IMG/VR virus record: IMGVR_UViG_3300020171_000003
Coordinates: 16,533 to 80,532 of that record
Direction: 5' to 3' (one strand)
Origin: a virus
DNA: 64,000 nt
Within the stretch, counting starts at the first letter, position 1; every line of letters begins with the position of its first letter. Positions 48,027 through 58,400 of this stretch are shown here, piece after piece. Position numbers and translations under genes: made by a program. Below the pieces are notes generated by a model that was not told the origin of the DNA, did not search any database, and was given only the letters and a program-made list of their open reading frames with translations.

Positions 48027-51000
48027 ATGGCAATAGCAAATAGAGAAATAGGTCTAGGTACAATATTTTATGCGAAGGGTATTGACGAGCTTATCCGTAA
48101 GATCAAACTACTCCGTCAGGTAGTTATCCAGCTATCTGACGGACCTACCAAAGTAGCAAAATCTTTAAATACACTTACAACGGCATCCAATAAAGCCACT
48201 GCGGCAATGAAGAAGCAAGGGGATGTTTCCCAAACTTTTAATAAGCAGATAGGTAAAGTTGAAGGCGGTATAAAGAGAATGGCGCAAGCTATTAAAGTAA
48301 CTGCTGCTTATTCTCTTGCTGCCAAAACTTTATGGGGATTCACTTCTGGTATTCAACAAGGAATAAAAGAGATAATAGATTTTGATCAAGCTTTAAAGAA
48401 TATTCAAGCGGTATCAGGATCTACTACAGCCCAGCTTTCTGTAATGGAAGATGTGATGCTGAAAATTGCAAGAACGACTAAATTTTCAGCTACAGAAATT
48501 GGCGAGGGCATGGTGTATATTGCACAAGCCGGTTTTGATGCAGGAGAGGCTGTGGATGTTGTTTCTGCTTCGGCAGCATTAGCTTCTGGTACTTTAAGTA
48601 GTTTGCAACAAACTTCTGACCTTTTAACAACTACTCTCCGTGCTTTTCAAATGGAATCACAAAGAGCAGGTGAGGCAGCGGATATTATGGCTGTTGCAAT
48701 CAACTACTCTAAATTGGACGTGGAGAAATTAAGAACAGCTTTTAACTATGTTGGTGCAGCAGGTTATCAAGTAGGATTAACTTTAAATGAAGTAGCCGCT
48801 TCTATGATGGTTGTTGCTAATAATGGTATGAGAGCAAGTACCATAGGTACCGGTTTACGCCAGATGTTTTCAAGGATGATTGCTCCTTCTGGTAAGTTAA
48901 AAGAAGCTTTTGAAAAGTATGGAATATCTTTAGATAGTATTAATCCAAAAACGGTAGGTTATCAAAAAGCTTTAGGAAATTTATCAAAAGTTATTATGAA
49001 GGCAGATGGTGTTACTGTTGACATGACAAAAGCTTTTGAGTTATTTGGATTAAGAGGTGCCCAATCCGTTGCAATTTTAGCAGAAGCATTTGCTAGCGGT
49101 AAATTTCAAAAAGCTTTAAAATCAACGTATGAAGTAGGTGTTGCTGCGGAGATGGCAGCAAAACAGTCAGAAGGTTTGGCTTTTAAATTAAAGAATTTAT
49201 CAGATAATTTCGGGGCATTAGCAATCACTTTAGGTAAAGGAGGATTTACTGATCTTTTAAAAATGGTAGTAGATGGATTTCAAAGTCTTTTAAAAGTTAT
49301 AATTGATATATCTGGTTCATCTATAGGTAATTTAATTTTACAAATTGTCACTCTTACTACTGCTTTGACCAGTCTAGGCATTGCTTTAACATTATTAGGT
49401 AAAATTTTACAGTTAACTATTTTACCTTCTTTGAAAGTATTTTTTGGTTTAATAGCGTCACATCCTTATGTTGCGGCTTTTACAGTGGCTATTTCGGCTC
49501 TTATTGTTGTTTACAAACATTTTGCAGGAGCAACGGAAAAAGCAACGGAAGCAATGAAGAAACAGTATGAAGAAACTAAAAGAACAGCTGGAGTTTTAAA
49601 TTTTTATGGTCGATTAATGACAGACCAAGTAGAGAAAATGAAAAAGACCTCAGAATTAACAGAGGAACATTTAGCTACTTTACAGAGATTGAAAGAAGAT
49701 TATCCTAAATTATCCGGTTTAATTGATAATATGAAATTGTCTTATGAAGGTTATTTAGGAGTTTTAAAAGCTATAAATGATGAGGAAAGAGTTAAATCTG
49801 TAAATAATATCCAAGAATCTGTTAATATTTATAAAAAGTATTTGGATGAAATGAAAAAGTATGAAGCAGATTTTTATTCAATGGGAGAATTTACTGGTAA
49901 AGGAGTAGCAATTACTCCGGAACTTCAAAAAAGAAAAGATATGTATGTTCAAGCGGCTAAGGATGCTAAAAAAGCTTTTGAAGTTATAGAGAGTACTTTT
50001 TATAATTATTCATCGAAAAGAACTGGTAAATCGGCTGAAAATGCAAAACTGATGTTGAAGGGTTTTGGGTTGGATGCAGATGATATAGCCAAACTTTCTA
50101 CTACTCTTATTCCGCAATTAGAAAGCCTAGATGCTACCATTGCAGCAAAAAAGAAATCGGCGTTAGAAGGATCTGCTGAGGATGAAGTGAATTTAACTCG
50201 CCAAACTCAAAAAAAGATACTTGATTTAAAAGTTAGATCAGCGGCTACAGAAAGAGACCGCTTAATTGCTACTCATAATAAAAATTTAGCTGATATTGCA
50301 GAAGAAGAAAAAGCAGCCTTAGTAAAGAATACTAGTTATAATGAAAAAGAAAAAGCAGCCATTGCTTCTGAATATAATAAAATTCGATTGGAAGAGAATA
50401 GAAAATTTGCTATTCAAATGGCAGGTGTAGAAGTAGATATTGCGGAGAGAGCAATAAAGATAGAAGAACTCCAAACTAAAATTATGTACGAAGGTAAAGT
50501 AGTAGAAGCTTTAAAAGCAGGAGTAAAATTAAATACTATTCGTGAGATGGAAAAACAATCTGAAATTGATTTGGCAGTAAAGATTTTAGAGATAAGAAAA
50601 ACTTTATATGAAAATGTAAAAAATCTTTATAAAGGCGGAAAAGGCGGGGAAGAGGATCAATCTAAAGCTTTAAATCAGGTTCTTCAAGCTGAATTAGCAA
50701 TAGCTACAGGAAAAAAAGAACTTGCAGAACTTACCGCAAAAGAAATAACAAAGAGTGAAGATAAAGAACTAAAAGCCCGTTTAAAATTAGTAGCTAAATA
50801 TTCAGATGAATGGATGGCTATTTATAAACAAATGCGGGACCAAAATCTTATTACAGAAACAGAGTATGAAGAAGCTTTAAGAAGAAAGACAGCAGCTACA
50901 GGAACTTGGTTAGAACAATTAAAATACGGAATAAATGAAAGCAGAAAAAATATCCAATCTTGGGGTGAATATATGATCCAGATTGGAGAAGAAATCGGAG

Positions 51001-51563
51001 TTAAACTTGCTGATGGAATAGGTACTGCGGTAGCTGATTGGGTCACTGGTGCAAAGACAATGCAAGAAGCTTTTGCAGCTTTAGCACAGGATACATTAGC
51101 TTGGTTAACTAAGATGATTGTGCGTATGCTTGTTTTAAAAGCAATTGAAGCAGGAGTAAATGCTATATTTCCGGGAGCAGGCACTGCTTTTTCTGCTTTT
51201 GTTAAACATGGAGGTGTTCGTTCTTCTAATGTAACTAGAAGTGTTCCTTCTGAAATGTTTGTAGGTGCTCCGAGATTACATTCTGGTTTAATTCGTTCTG
51301 ATGAAATGCCTGCTATATTGAAAAAGAATGAATCAGTATTAACACCAGAGCAAATGAAAGCAATGGGCGGGGGAAAACAAATTCAGATAACAAACAGTTT
51401 TGCTGGAGCTACATTTTTAGATCAAGAGCAGATGAGAAGGACAATGGCGCAGGTTTCTACTATAACAGCCCAAGTAGTTGTAAAAGCAATGGGTCCAGAT
51501 ACTGTAATAAATGCAATTCAGAATGATCATCCTTTAAGACAAGTTATTCAGAGAGGTTATTAA
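48027..51563 (+). CDS. Tape measure protein (TP901-type core)
   Basis: 1178 aa; FDQALKNIQAVSG, TKFSATEI, IGTGLRQMFSRM. Confidence 0.92.
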   Translation: MAIANREIGLGTIFYAKGIDELIRKIKLLRQVVIQLSDGPTKVAKSLNTLTTASNKATAAMKKQGDVSQTFNKQIGKVEGGIKRMAQAIKVTAAYSLAAKTLWGFTSGIQQGIKEIIDFDQALKNIQAVSGSTTAQLSVMEDVMLKIARTTKFSATEIGEGMVYIAQAGFDAGEAVDVVSASAALASGTLSSLQQTSDLLTTTLRAFQMESQRAGEAADIMAVAINYSKLDVEKLRTAFNYVGAAGYQVGLTLNEVAASMMVVANNGMRASTIGTGLRQMFSRMIAPSGKLKEAFEKYGISLDSINPKTVGYQKALGNLSKVIMKADGVTVDMTKAFELFGLRGAQSVAILAEAFASGKFQKALKSTYEVGVAAEMAAKQSEGLAFKLKNLSDNFGALAITLGKGGFTDLLKMVVDGFQSLLKVIIDISGSSIGNLILQIVTLTTALTSLGIALTLLGKILQLTILPSLKVFFGLIASHPYVAAFTVAISALIVVYKHFAGATEKATEAMKKQYEETKRTAGVLNFYGRLMTDQVEKMKKTSELTEEHLATLQRLKEDYPKLSGLIDNMKLSYEGYLGVLKAINDEERVKSVNNIQESVNIYKKYLDEMKKYEADFYSMGEFTGKGVAITPELQKRKDMYVQAAKDAKKAFEVIESTFYNYSSKRTGKSAENAKLMLKGFGLDADDIAKLSTTLIPQLESLDATIAAKKKSALEGSAEDEVNLTRQTQKKILDLKVRSAATERDRLIATHNKNLADIAEEEKAALVKNTSYNEKEKAAIASEYNKIRLEENRKFAIQMAGVEVDIAERAIKIEELQTKIMYEGKVVEALKAGVKLNTIREMEKQSEIDLAVKILEIRKTLYENVKNLYKGGKGGEEDQSKALNQVLQAELAIATGKKELAELTAKEITKSEDKELKARLKLVAKYSDEWMAIYKQMRDQNLITETEYEEALRRKTAATGTWLEQLKYGINESRKNIQSWGEYMIQIGEEIGVKLADGIGTAVADWVTGAKTMQEAFAALAQDTLAWLTKMIVRMLVLKAIEAGVNAIFPGAGTAFSAFVKHGGVRSSNVTRSVPSEMFVGAPRLHSGLIRSDEMPAILKKNESVLTPEQMKAMGGGKQIQITNSFAGATFLDQEQMRRTMAQVSTITAQVVVKAMGPDTVINAIQNDHPLRQVIQRGY

Positions 51564-52019
51564 ATGGCTGATTTCTCTTATGAACCAAACTATGTTCATG
51601 CACCTTCTCCAGTGATGCCTGTAGAAGTAACTTATAGTAAGAATTTCACTAGGAGAGTGTATAGAACTGGAATAGAATTTATTCGTAAATTTGAACTTGT
51701 GTTTGGTAATGTTAATTTAGAAAAAAGAAATTTATTAAGAAGTCATTTTGAAGGTCAATTTGGTCCACATTTATCTTTTACATGGACTACTCCTCCAGAA
51801 TATGTTTCTGATTATGAGTTCACAGTAAATTATGATGAAGAAGCTTCTGGTATGGGTTATTATGAAGAAACACCTGAAGTCGGTGGAAATGTTTTTAATA
51901 TTAGTGTTTATTTTAAGGCTTTAGGATCAGCTCCTGTTTTTAAAGAAAGTCTTATTGTCTTTCAAGATACGGAAGATGTTATTTTTCAAGATACAACTGA
52001 TGTTATTTTTCAGGATTAG
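51564..52019 (+). CDS. Distal-tail (Dit)-like protein, copy 1
   Basis: Follows tape measure; paralogue of 60217-60672. Confidence 0.65.
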   Translation: MADFSYEPNYVHAPSPVMPVEVTYSKNFTRRVYRTGIEFIRKFELVFGNVNLEKRNLLRSHFEGQFGPHLSFTWTTPPEYVSDYEFTVNYDEEASGMGYYEETPEVGGNVFNISVYFKALGSAPVFKESLIVFQDTEDVIFQDTTDVIFQD

Positions 52020-52028
52020 GAGAAAAAA

Positions 52029-54077
52029 ATGAAAAAATTTATTATTTTTATCATATTATTTATATTCAGTAGTTTATCTGTATTTGGTGCAGATGATACA
52101 AAAATTAGAATTTACACTGGTAACGCATTAAATACAGGTGCAAAAGGATCATTAGATAATCTTGATGGATCAGATGGAGTAGGGGATGGTTCAGGAAAAA
52201 CTTTAAAAGACGGTGATATAGCAATAATTATTGTTCCTGGAGATCAGACTTATTTTTATTCTTTGGATTCTGATTCTGGAGCTACTGAAAGTATTCCTGA
52301 TGTTATTTCTCCTAATTATAATGCAGGCACGAAACGATGGATTTTAGTTTCCGTAAATCAAAAAGGTGAAGTCCCTTTCTCAAAGTTCCATACGAATTTA
52401 ACAGCGATTATCACAGCTATAGGAGCAATAAAAACTACTTTGGTTATTGATGAATCTACTACATTAATAGATAATGCTACTCCACCCTCCACCCTGGCCC
52501 TGAAAGTGCAGAACGGGGCGGTGATTACGCTTGTGGCTTACGCCTTGAATCTTAGCCTTTGCCCTAAATTTGAAGGGTCGCCAGGATGTTTTAATCAGGC
52601 TTCAACGGGTTCAGTAACAGGTTTAAAGGAATCAAGACCCGAATGGTTTGGACTTGACGGGGTTGCTGACCAGGTAGCAATAAATAAGTCCCTTGCTGCC
52701 GGTCCAACGAAACTATCAAAACATGATTACCTTACTAATGGTGCTGTGCTTATAGATGACGACGATTATTCCCTTAAAGGACTTGGGCCAGGGTTGTCAA
52801 GGATCATATCTTCTGAATCAGGCGGGACTATATTAAAAGTCGGTGATGGCACAGCAGTTTACAGGACTGAAATTGAAGGTGTTGGTTTACGCACAAACAC
52901 TACAGGTAGCCGGGCGGCGATTGGTCTTGACATAAACGGTATGCGAGAGGGCAAGATTAAAAACGTAAGGTCGAGCTTCGCAACCGGAAAGTTAATGACC
53001 TTAATCGGTGAATCTTGGTTAAATTCTTTTGAAGACGTTGAGCTATATGGTTACGCTTCCGCAACTGCTTTAGAAACAGGCGGGGTAAATATTAATTCCA
53101 ATCAGTTTAAAAATCTTACCATTACTGATGCTTCAACAGGATTAACGAGTGGGGTCAAATTTGTTGATGGTGTGAGGGGATTATTTTTTGACGGGATTTC
53201 AATCGAAGCTTGCGCCAGCGGGATCGACCTTTGTCCTTCCACAAAAGTGTTAAGTCTTACCAAGATTGGGTTTGAAAATGTTTATTCTGAGATCCCTGCA
53301 ACAGGATACTTTTTAAAAGCGGATGATACATCATATTACGTCAATGTAGAAAATATCTCATTTGACGGTGTGAGCTTAAACCAACTTGGGGCAGCGGCAA
53401 GGGATTCCGCTTTTGACTTTTCTAGATTAACCAACCAAGCGGATTCACTTATAAAGATTAACGTGTCGAATCTAAACCACCATGCAGTAAACATAACCAC
53501 GTTGACCCGCGCTGTCTTTGATCTTACGTCGAAAGTAAGATTGAATATGATCAATTCTACCAAAACCGTGTCGGCAACTCCCTGGACAATCGGTGGTAAT
53601 AATTACAACATAATCGAAACAGGTTACGAGCAAAGCAAAATAACCTCCTACGACTTGAACTTCCCGATTGGAAAGACCTCTTTTGGCACAGCAGCGACCA
53701 CCACACTCAACAGGCTGACAAATGGTGGGTTGCAGGCTACGCCAGGGATTGGGCAGAAGTGGCAAGCTCCTTTATCGGCTACCGCTGCGGTCGCTATAAA
53801 TTGCGCCAGCGGAATGAATATCTATCACACGTTGACTGAAAGCACGACAATAGGCGCACCCACAAACACTATTGACGGGGCAGTTTTATACTTTGTCTTT
53901 CATCAACCAGCAGGGGCAACGTGGACGGTTTCCTTTAACGCTATTTTTAAACTGGTAGGCGGGGCATACAGTATGACAGGTTCAGGAGGAGCGGTTGTGA
54001 GGGACACGATCTGTTTTATGTACAGCGCAACGGCTGATAAATGGATCGAAATCAGTAGGGCACAAAATATAAGTTAA
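52029..54077 (+). CDS. Tail spike/fibre 1 (beta-helix-like) with signal-peptide-like N-terminus
   Basis: RPEWFG, AINKSL, LKGLG pectin-lyase-like motifs; GC-richer from ~52480. Confidence 0.7.
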   Translation: MKKFIIFIILFIFSSLSVFGADDTKIRIYTGNALNTGAKGSLDNLDGSDGVGDGSGKTLKDGDIAIIIVPGDQTYFYSLDSDSGATESIPDVISPNYNAGTKRWILVSVNQKGEVPFSKFHTNLTAIITAIGAIKTTLVIDESTTLIDNATPPSTLALKVQNGAVITLVAYALNLSLCPKFEGSPGCFNQASTGSVTGLKESRPEWFGLDGVADQVAINKSLAAGPTKLSKHDYLTNGAVLIDDDDYSLKGLGPGLSRIISSESGGTILKVGDGTAVYRTEIEGVGLRTNTTGSRAAIGLDINGMREGKIKNVRSSFATGKLMTLIGESWLNSFEDVELYGYASATALETGGVNINSNQFKNLTITDASTGLTSGVKFVDGVRGLFFDGISIEACASGIDLCPSTKVLSLTKIGFENVYSEIPATGYFLKADDTSYYVNVENISFDGVSLNQLGAAARDSAFDFSRLTNQADSLIKINVSNLNHHAVNITTLTRAVFDLTSKVRLNMINSTKTVSATPWTIGGNNYNIIETGYEQSKITSYDLNFPIGKTSFGTAATTTLNRLTNGGLQATPGIGQKWQAPLSATAAVAINCASGMNIYHTLTESTTIGAPTNTIDGAVLYFVFHQPAGATWTVSFNAIFKLVGGAYSMTGSGGAVVRDTICFMYSATADKWIEISRAQNIS

Positions 54078-54149
54078 CTTCAACCAGCGGAGAGGACGGG
54101 ATGAAATGGTAGCAAGCTTAATTGTTAACCTAAGATTTAGGAAACCATA

Positions 54150-55019
54150 ATGAAAGAACTTGATAATAATATTATTACAGAAATTGATGCTTCACAAAAG
54201 ACGCCTATTATTTTAGTAGAGCAATATTTAGATGGAGCTACTTTAAGATGGGCTTTAGCAAAAGAGAATATTATTTTTGGCGGATTCACTTATTTTGCCA
54301 AAACTTTTACAGTAGATGATGTGGATTTTTCTTTTGAAGGTCAATTGGATAAAGTTTCTTTAAATTTTGATAATATAGATTCTGCTTTTGATGCTTATAT
54401 AGAGGCTTTTGATTTTGAAAGCAGACCTATGTTTATAAAAAGAATTTATCTTTCTGGTGAATTAGAAGAAATACCATCTAATCCTGAAATGTATAATGAA
54501 GTATTTTATGGAGAGATGGAACAACCTACAGATTCAGATGGTAGAAATATTAATATTACTGCTGTTTCTGGATATTCTTTGGATAAAGGAATGTTAAATC
54601 AGTATTACGGATCTTTTTGTCAAAGAAAGTTTGGGGATAGACTTTGTACTGTAAATTTAGCGGATGAGAATTACTATTTTAAAAAAGGTATAGTAAGTGG
54701 CGAAGGAACAACTTCTAAATTTAAAACAAATTCTTTGCTTGAAGCAGATAATTTTTGGAAACATGGTAATGTAAAACTTAATATAGATGGGTCTATTTAT
54801 AATAGAAAAGTAAAATCTTTTTCCAGTAATGGAGCATCCGGGGAAGTTACTTTGGATATTGGAATTATTGAAACAATAGACCTTGGTTCTACTTTTGAAA
54901 TAAAGAAAGGTTGTGATTTTACATGGGAAACTTGTTCTGGAAATAATACATGGGGCCCCTCAGGTGAAAATACTTTAAATTTCTTTGGATTTATCCATAT
55001 AGGTATTAATAAGGAATAA
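54150..55019 (+). CDS. Baseplate hub/tail-tip protein (BR0599/gpL-like, 4 SGE motifs)
   Basis: CQRKFGDRLC, KGCDFTWETC, NFFGF. Confidence 0.8.
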   Translation: MKELDNNIITEIDASQKTPIILVEQYLDGATLRWALAKENIIFGGFTYFAKTFTVDDVDFSFEGQLDKVSLNFDNIDSAFDAYIEAFDFESRPMFIKRIYLSGELEEIPSNPEMYNEVFYGEMEQPTDSDGRNINITAVSGYSLDKGMLNQYYGSFCQRKFGDRLCTVNLADENYYFKKGIVSGEGTTSKFKTNSLLEADNFWKHGNVKLNIDGSIYNRKVKSFSSNGASGEVTLDIGIIETIDLGSTFEIKKGCDFTWETCSGNNTWGPSGENTLNFFGFIHIGINKE

Positions 55020-55021
55020 TA

Positions 55022-55399
55022 ATGATAAAACGAATTACAGAACCTTCAGAAATGAAATTTATTCTTTTACTTAATGATGATATTGAGGAGTATATTGAGT
55101 ATGACCGATCAAGTTGGATTCAGTGGCTTGTATCAAATGTTAAGAATCCTTTATTTGGTATATTTGGAGATGAAGAAAATAAAAGTTATATAGTAGCTTT
55201 GTGTATTAAATCTTCTCCGTTATTTAATTGTGTTCAAATTATCTATTCATATAATCAGTTTGATGGTTTATTAGAAAAAGTAAAAGAGTGGACAAAAGAA
55301 TTGAATTTAACAAAAATCCTTTGTTCTTTTGACAATTTAAATGAAGGAGAAAAAAACGGTTTTATTGTTAAAAATTATCTTATGGAACTTGAGGTTTAA
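55022..55399 (+). CDS. Hypothetical protein, possibly degenerate GNAT-like fold
   Basis: Position between hub and tip genes; KVKEWTKELNLTKI. Confidence 0.45.
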   Translation: MIKRITEPSEMKFILLLNDDIEEYIEYDRSSWIQWLVSNVKNPLFGIFGDEENKSYIVALCIKSSPLFNCVQIIYSYNQFDGLLEKVKEWTKELNLTKILCSFDNLNEGEKNGFIVKNYLMELEV

Positions 55400-55401
55400 T
55401 T

Positions 55402-58400
55402 ATGAGTTTACTCGGAAAAATAGGAGCACTGGTTGGAGCAGTTGTAGGTGTAGCTTTAGTTGCCACAGGAGTAGGTGCGCCTTTAGGCGGTGCTTTACTT
55501 GGAGCTGCAATAGGAATACCTACCGCATTAGGGGCGGCTCTTACTTATGGAGCAATAGGTTTTGTAGCAGGAACTGTTTTGGATTATGCTTTAGGAGCAG
55601 TAGTTCCAGATATTCCTTCACCTACTTATGATGGAACTTTTCCTGTACCTATATTAGAATCTGGAGCAATTATTTCAGAAGCATACGGAGGTCCTCTTTA
55701 TATAGCTGGAAATATTTTGAGAATGAATGACCCAGATGCAGAAGATAAATTAAAAATAATTGTAGGACATTGTTTAGGACCGGTAGAAGAATTTTTAGGA
55801 ACTTATGTTAATAAAAAAGAATGGAATACTTTAGATAAAGTTCATCATATGGTTCATAGTTATGGAGAAGAATATCAGGTTCCTATTAAAATAACAACTT
55901 CTATAGCGATTGATCAACCTTACTCTAGTAAAACTTTATTTGGCATGTTGACCCTTGTAGTTAATGCATATAAAAGTTTATCTGTTGTTGATAATTTTTT
56001 TACTGATAAAATATGTTCTTTTAGAGGATTAGCCCATAGTGCTTACCTATTTGATAAAAGTTCTTCGGATATAGGAACAAATACTCCGTCTGTGGTAGAA
56101 GTGATAAAAGGAAGAAGATTAATTCCCATTGCTTTGAATGGTGTAGAAGGAGAATTAGAATGGAGTAGAAATATTGGAGATATTCTTTGGGATTATTATA
56201 GAAGGTATGATGTAGCCAGTATAATTGATGAACAACAAATAGGATTTTGGGCTTTTAATGAATCCATAGGAAGTATTGCTGTAGACAGTAGTAAATATGA
56301 TAATAATGGTACTTTACATAATTTTACAGGCACATATTGGGTAGAAGGTCAATTCGGAAACGGTTTACAATTTAACGGTTCAAATTCTTATGTTGATTGT
56401 GGAAATTTAATTCCTTTATCTTTAATAGGTAAGCAGAGTTTTTCTTTATCTTTTATGATTAGTTTTGATTCTGTTACAGGTATTATTTGGCAAAAATATG
56501 AAGATTCTTCCAATTATATTAAAGTTTTTATAAGCGGAGGATATCTAAAAATTGAAGCAAAAAGTTTAGGGTCTTATATTATTAATGAATCTTTTAATTT
56601 TTATCCAATAGCAAATATTGAATATAGAATAGTTCTTTGTTTTGATAAAACAAATCTTGTTTGTTCCTTATATGTGAATAAATTAAAAGATACAATAGAA
56701 GTGGGTTGGAATACTGATACAGATATTTCTAACACTGGTAATGTATTTTGGGGGAGTACTTCTTCCTCTTTTGCTGGTGTTTTAGATCAAGCTCGTATTT
56801 ATAATAAAGTTTTGGATTTTAGAGAAGTTTTTGCTTGTTATGAAGATGGTATTTTAGATGAAAATTCTTTTCGATCTTTAAAAGAGTATTCGGATGAATT
56901 TTTAGAAGATTCAGAAGGTTCTCCGATGAGACCTATTGGCCCAAGTAATTATACAGTAATAGCTTCGAGTCAATTCGGTCAAACTATAAATAGAAATAAT
57001 ATTGCTTCTATTGCTACAAAATTATTTGCAATTATAGGAGAACCAAGGAAAAGTCTTATTGTTACAGGAACTTCTCCTGTAACACATACAAGTGATTATG
57101 GTATATATTCTCCTATTTATGCTTTCGATGTTACAAAAAGTCTTACTTCTGCACCAGAAAATAACTCTTGGAGAAGCGGGAATTTTAGTTATTTTATAGC
57201 TTCAAGAATAAGTTGTGATTTAAGTTTGCCGGTAAAATTAAGAAAAGTAGAGATTATACCAGAAGCAGATATTGGTTTAAAAACTTTTTATGTTCAAGGT
57301 AGCAATAGTGTTTTAGATTTTTTACAATATGAATATAATGATATTGGAACAACTTGGACAGTATTAGGGTCATTACAAACAGCCGTTCCTTATGATTCAA
57401 CTAATCCGGTTCAGAAATTTTATATAAATTCAGATGTTGCTTATAGATACTATTCTTTAAAAATTATGTCTTCTTATGGTATTACTACAGGAATTAGAGA
57501 CATTTGTTTTTGGGGAATACATCCTAGGTTTCCTTTTGATCATGTTTTTGATAATAATATTAGAAAAAATGATGTTAAGAAATTATTAAACTCTTGTTTT
57601 TTTGGAAGAACTTTTAGAACTCAAGGAAAAATAAAAGTAGGATGGGAAGGAAACAAAGAACCAGACGGATTAGGGAGTTTACAAGATAAGAGCGTAAAAC
57701 ATATTTTTACTTTAAATAATGTTATTTCTTTAACTAGGAAAAAACATACTAGGTATAATAAAATAAAAATTAATTATATAAATTTTACAGAAGAAGGTAA
57801 AAAAGATTATATAGAAGATTCTGATGAAATTGATATTGAAAAAAGAGGTGAACAATTATTTGAAGAATCTTGTGATTTTATTTACCATCAGCAAATAGCA
57901 AGAGCCCGAGCAAGAAGGCATTTGAAAAAATCAATGTATTGTGATTGGGATTGTGTAATTGAGTCAACTGATGAAGCTAATAGAGTAGAATTATTTGATG
58001 TTATTTCCGTAATTTGGTCTAAATTTGGTTGGAACGAAAAACAATTTATTGTAATGAAGAAGACAGAAGATTGGTTAGGAAGAGTTACTTTTTATTGTGA
58101 AGCTTATTATTCTGGAATTTATGATGATGAAGAAACACCTGTTCCAGAATCTTATTTTTCTAAACTTTCTAAAGTACTTGGAACTCCGTCTCCAGTAACC
58201 AATTTACAAGCTTTGGATGATTCTTATTTTGATGAACAAGGTAGTTATATTACTCAGGTAGAGATTTCTTATACTCCTCCGAATAATAGAAATTATTTTT
58301 CTCATATAAAATATCAATACGGTTTCAAACTTACAGGAGAAAATTTAATTACTTCAGGAGAATCTCCTGTGGTTTATATGCAACCATCATACTATGCAAA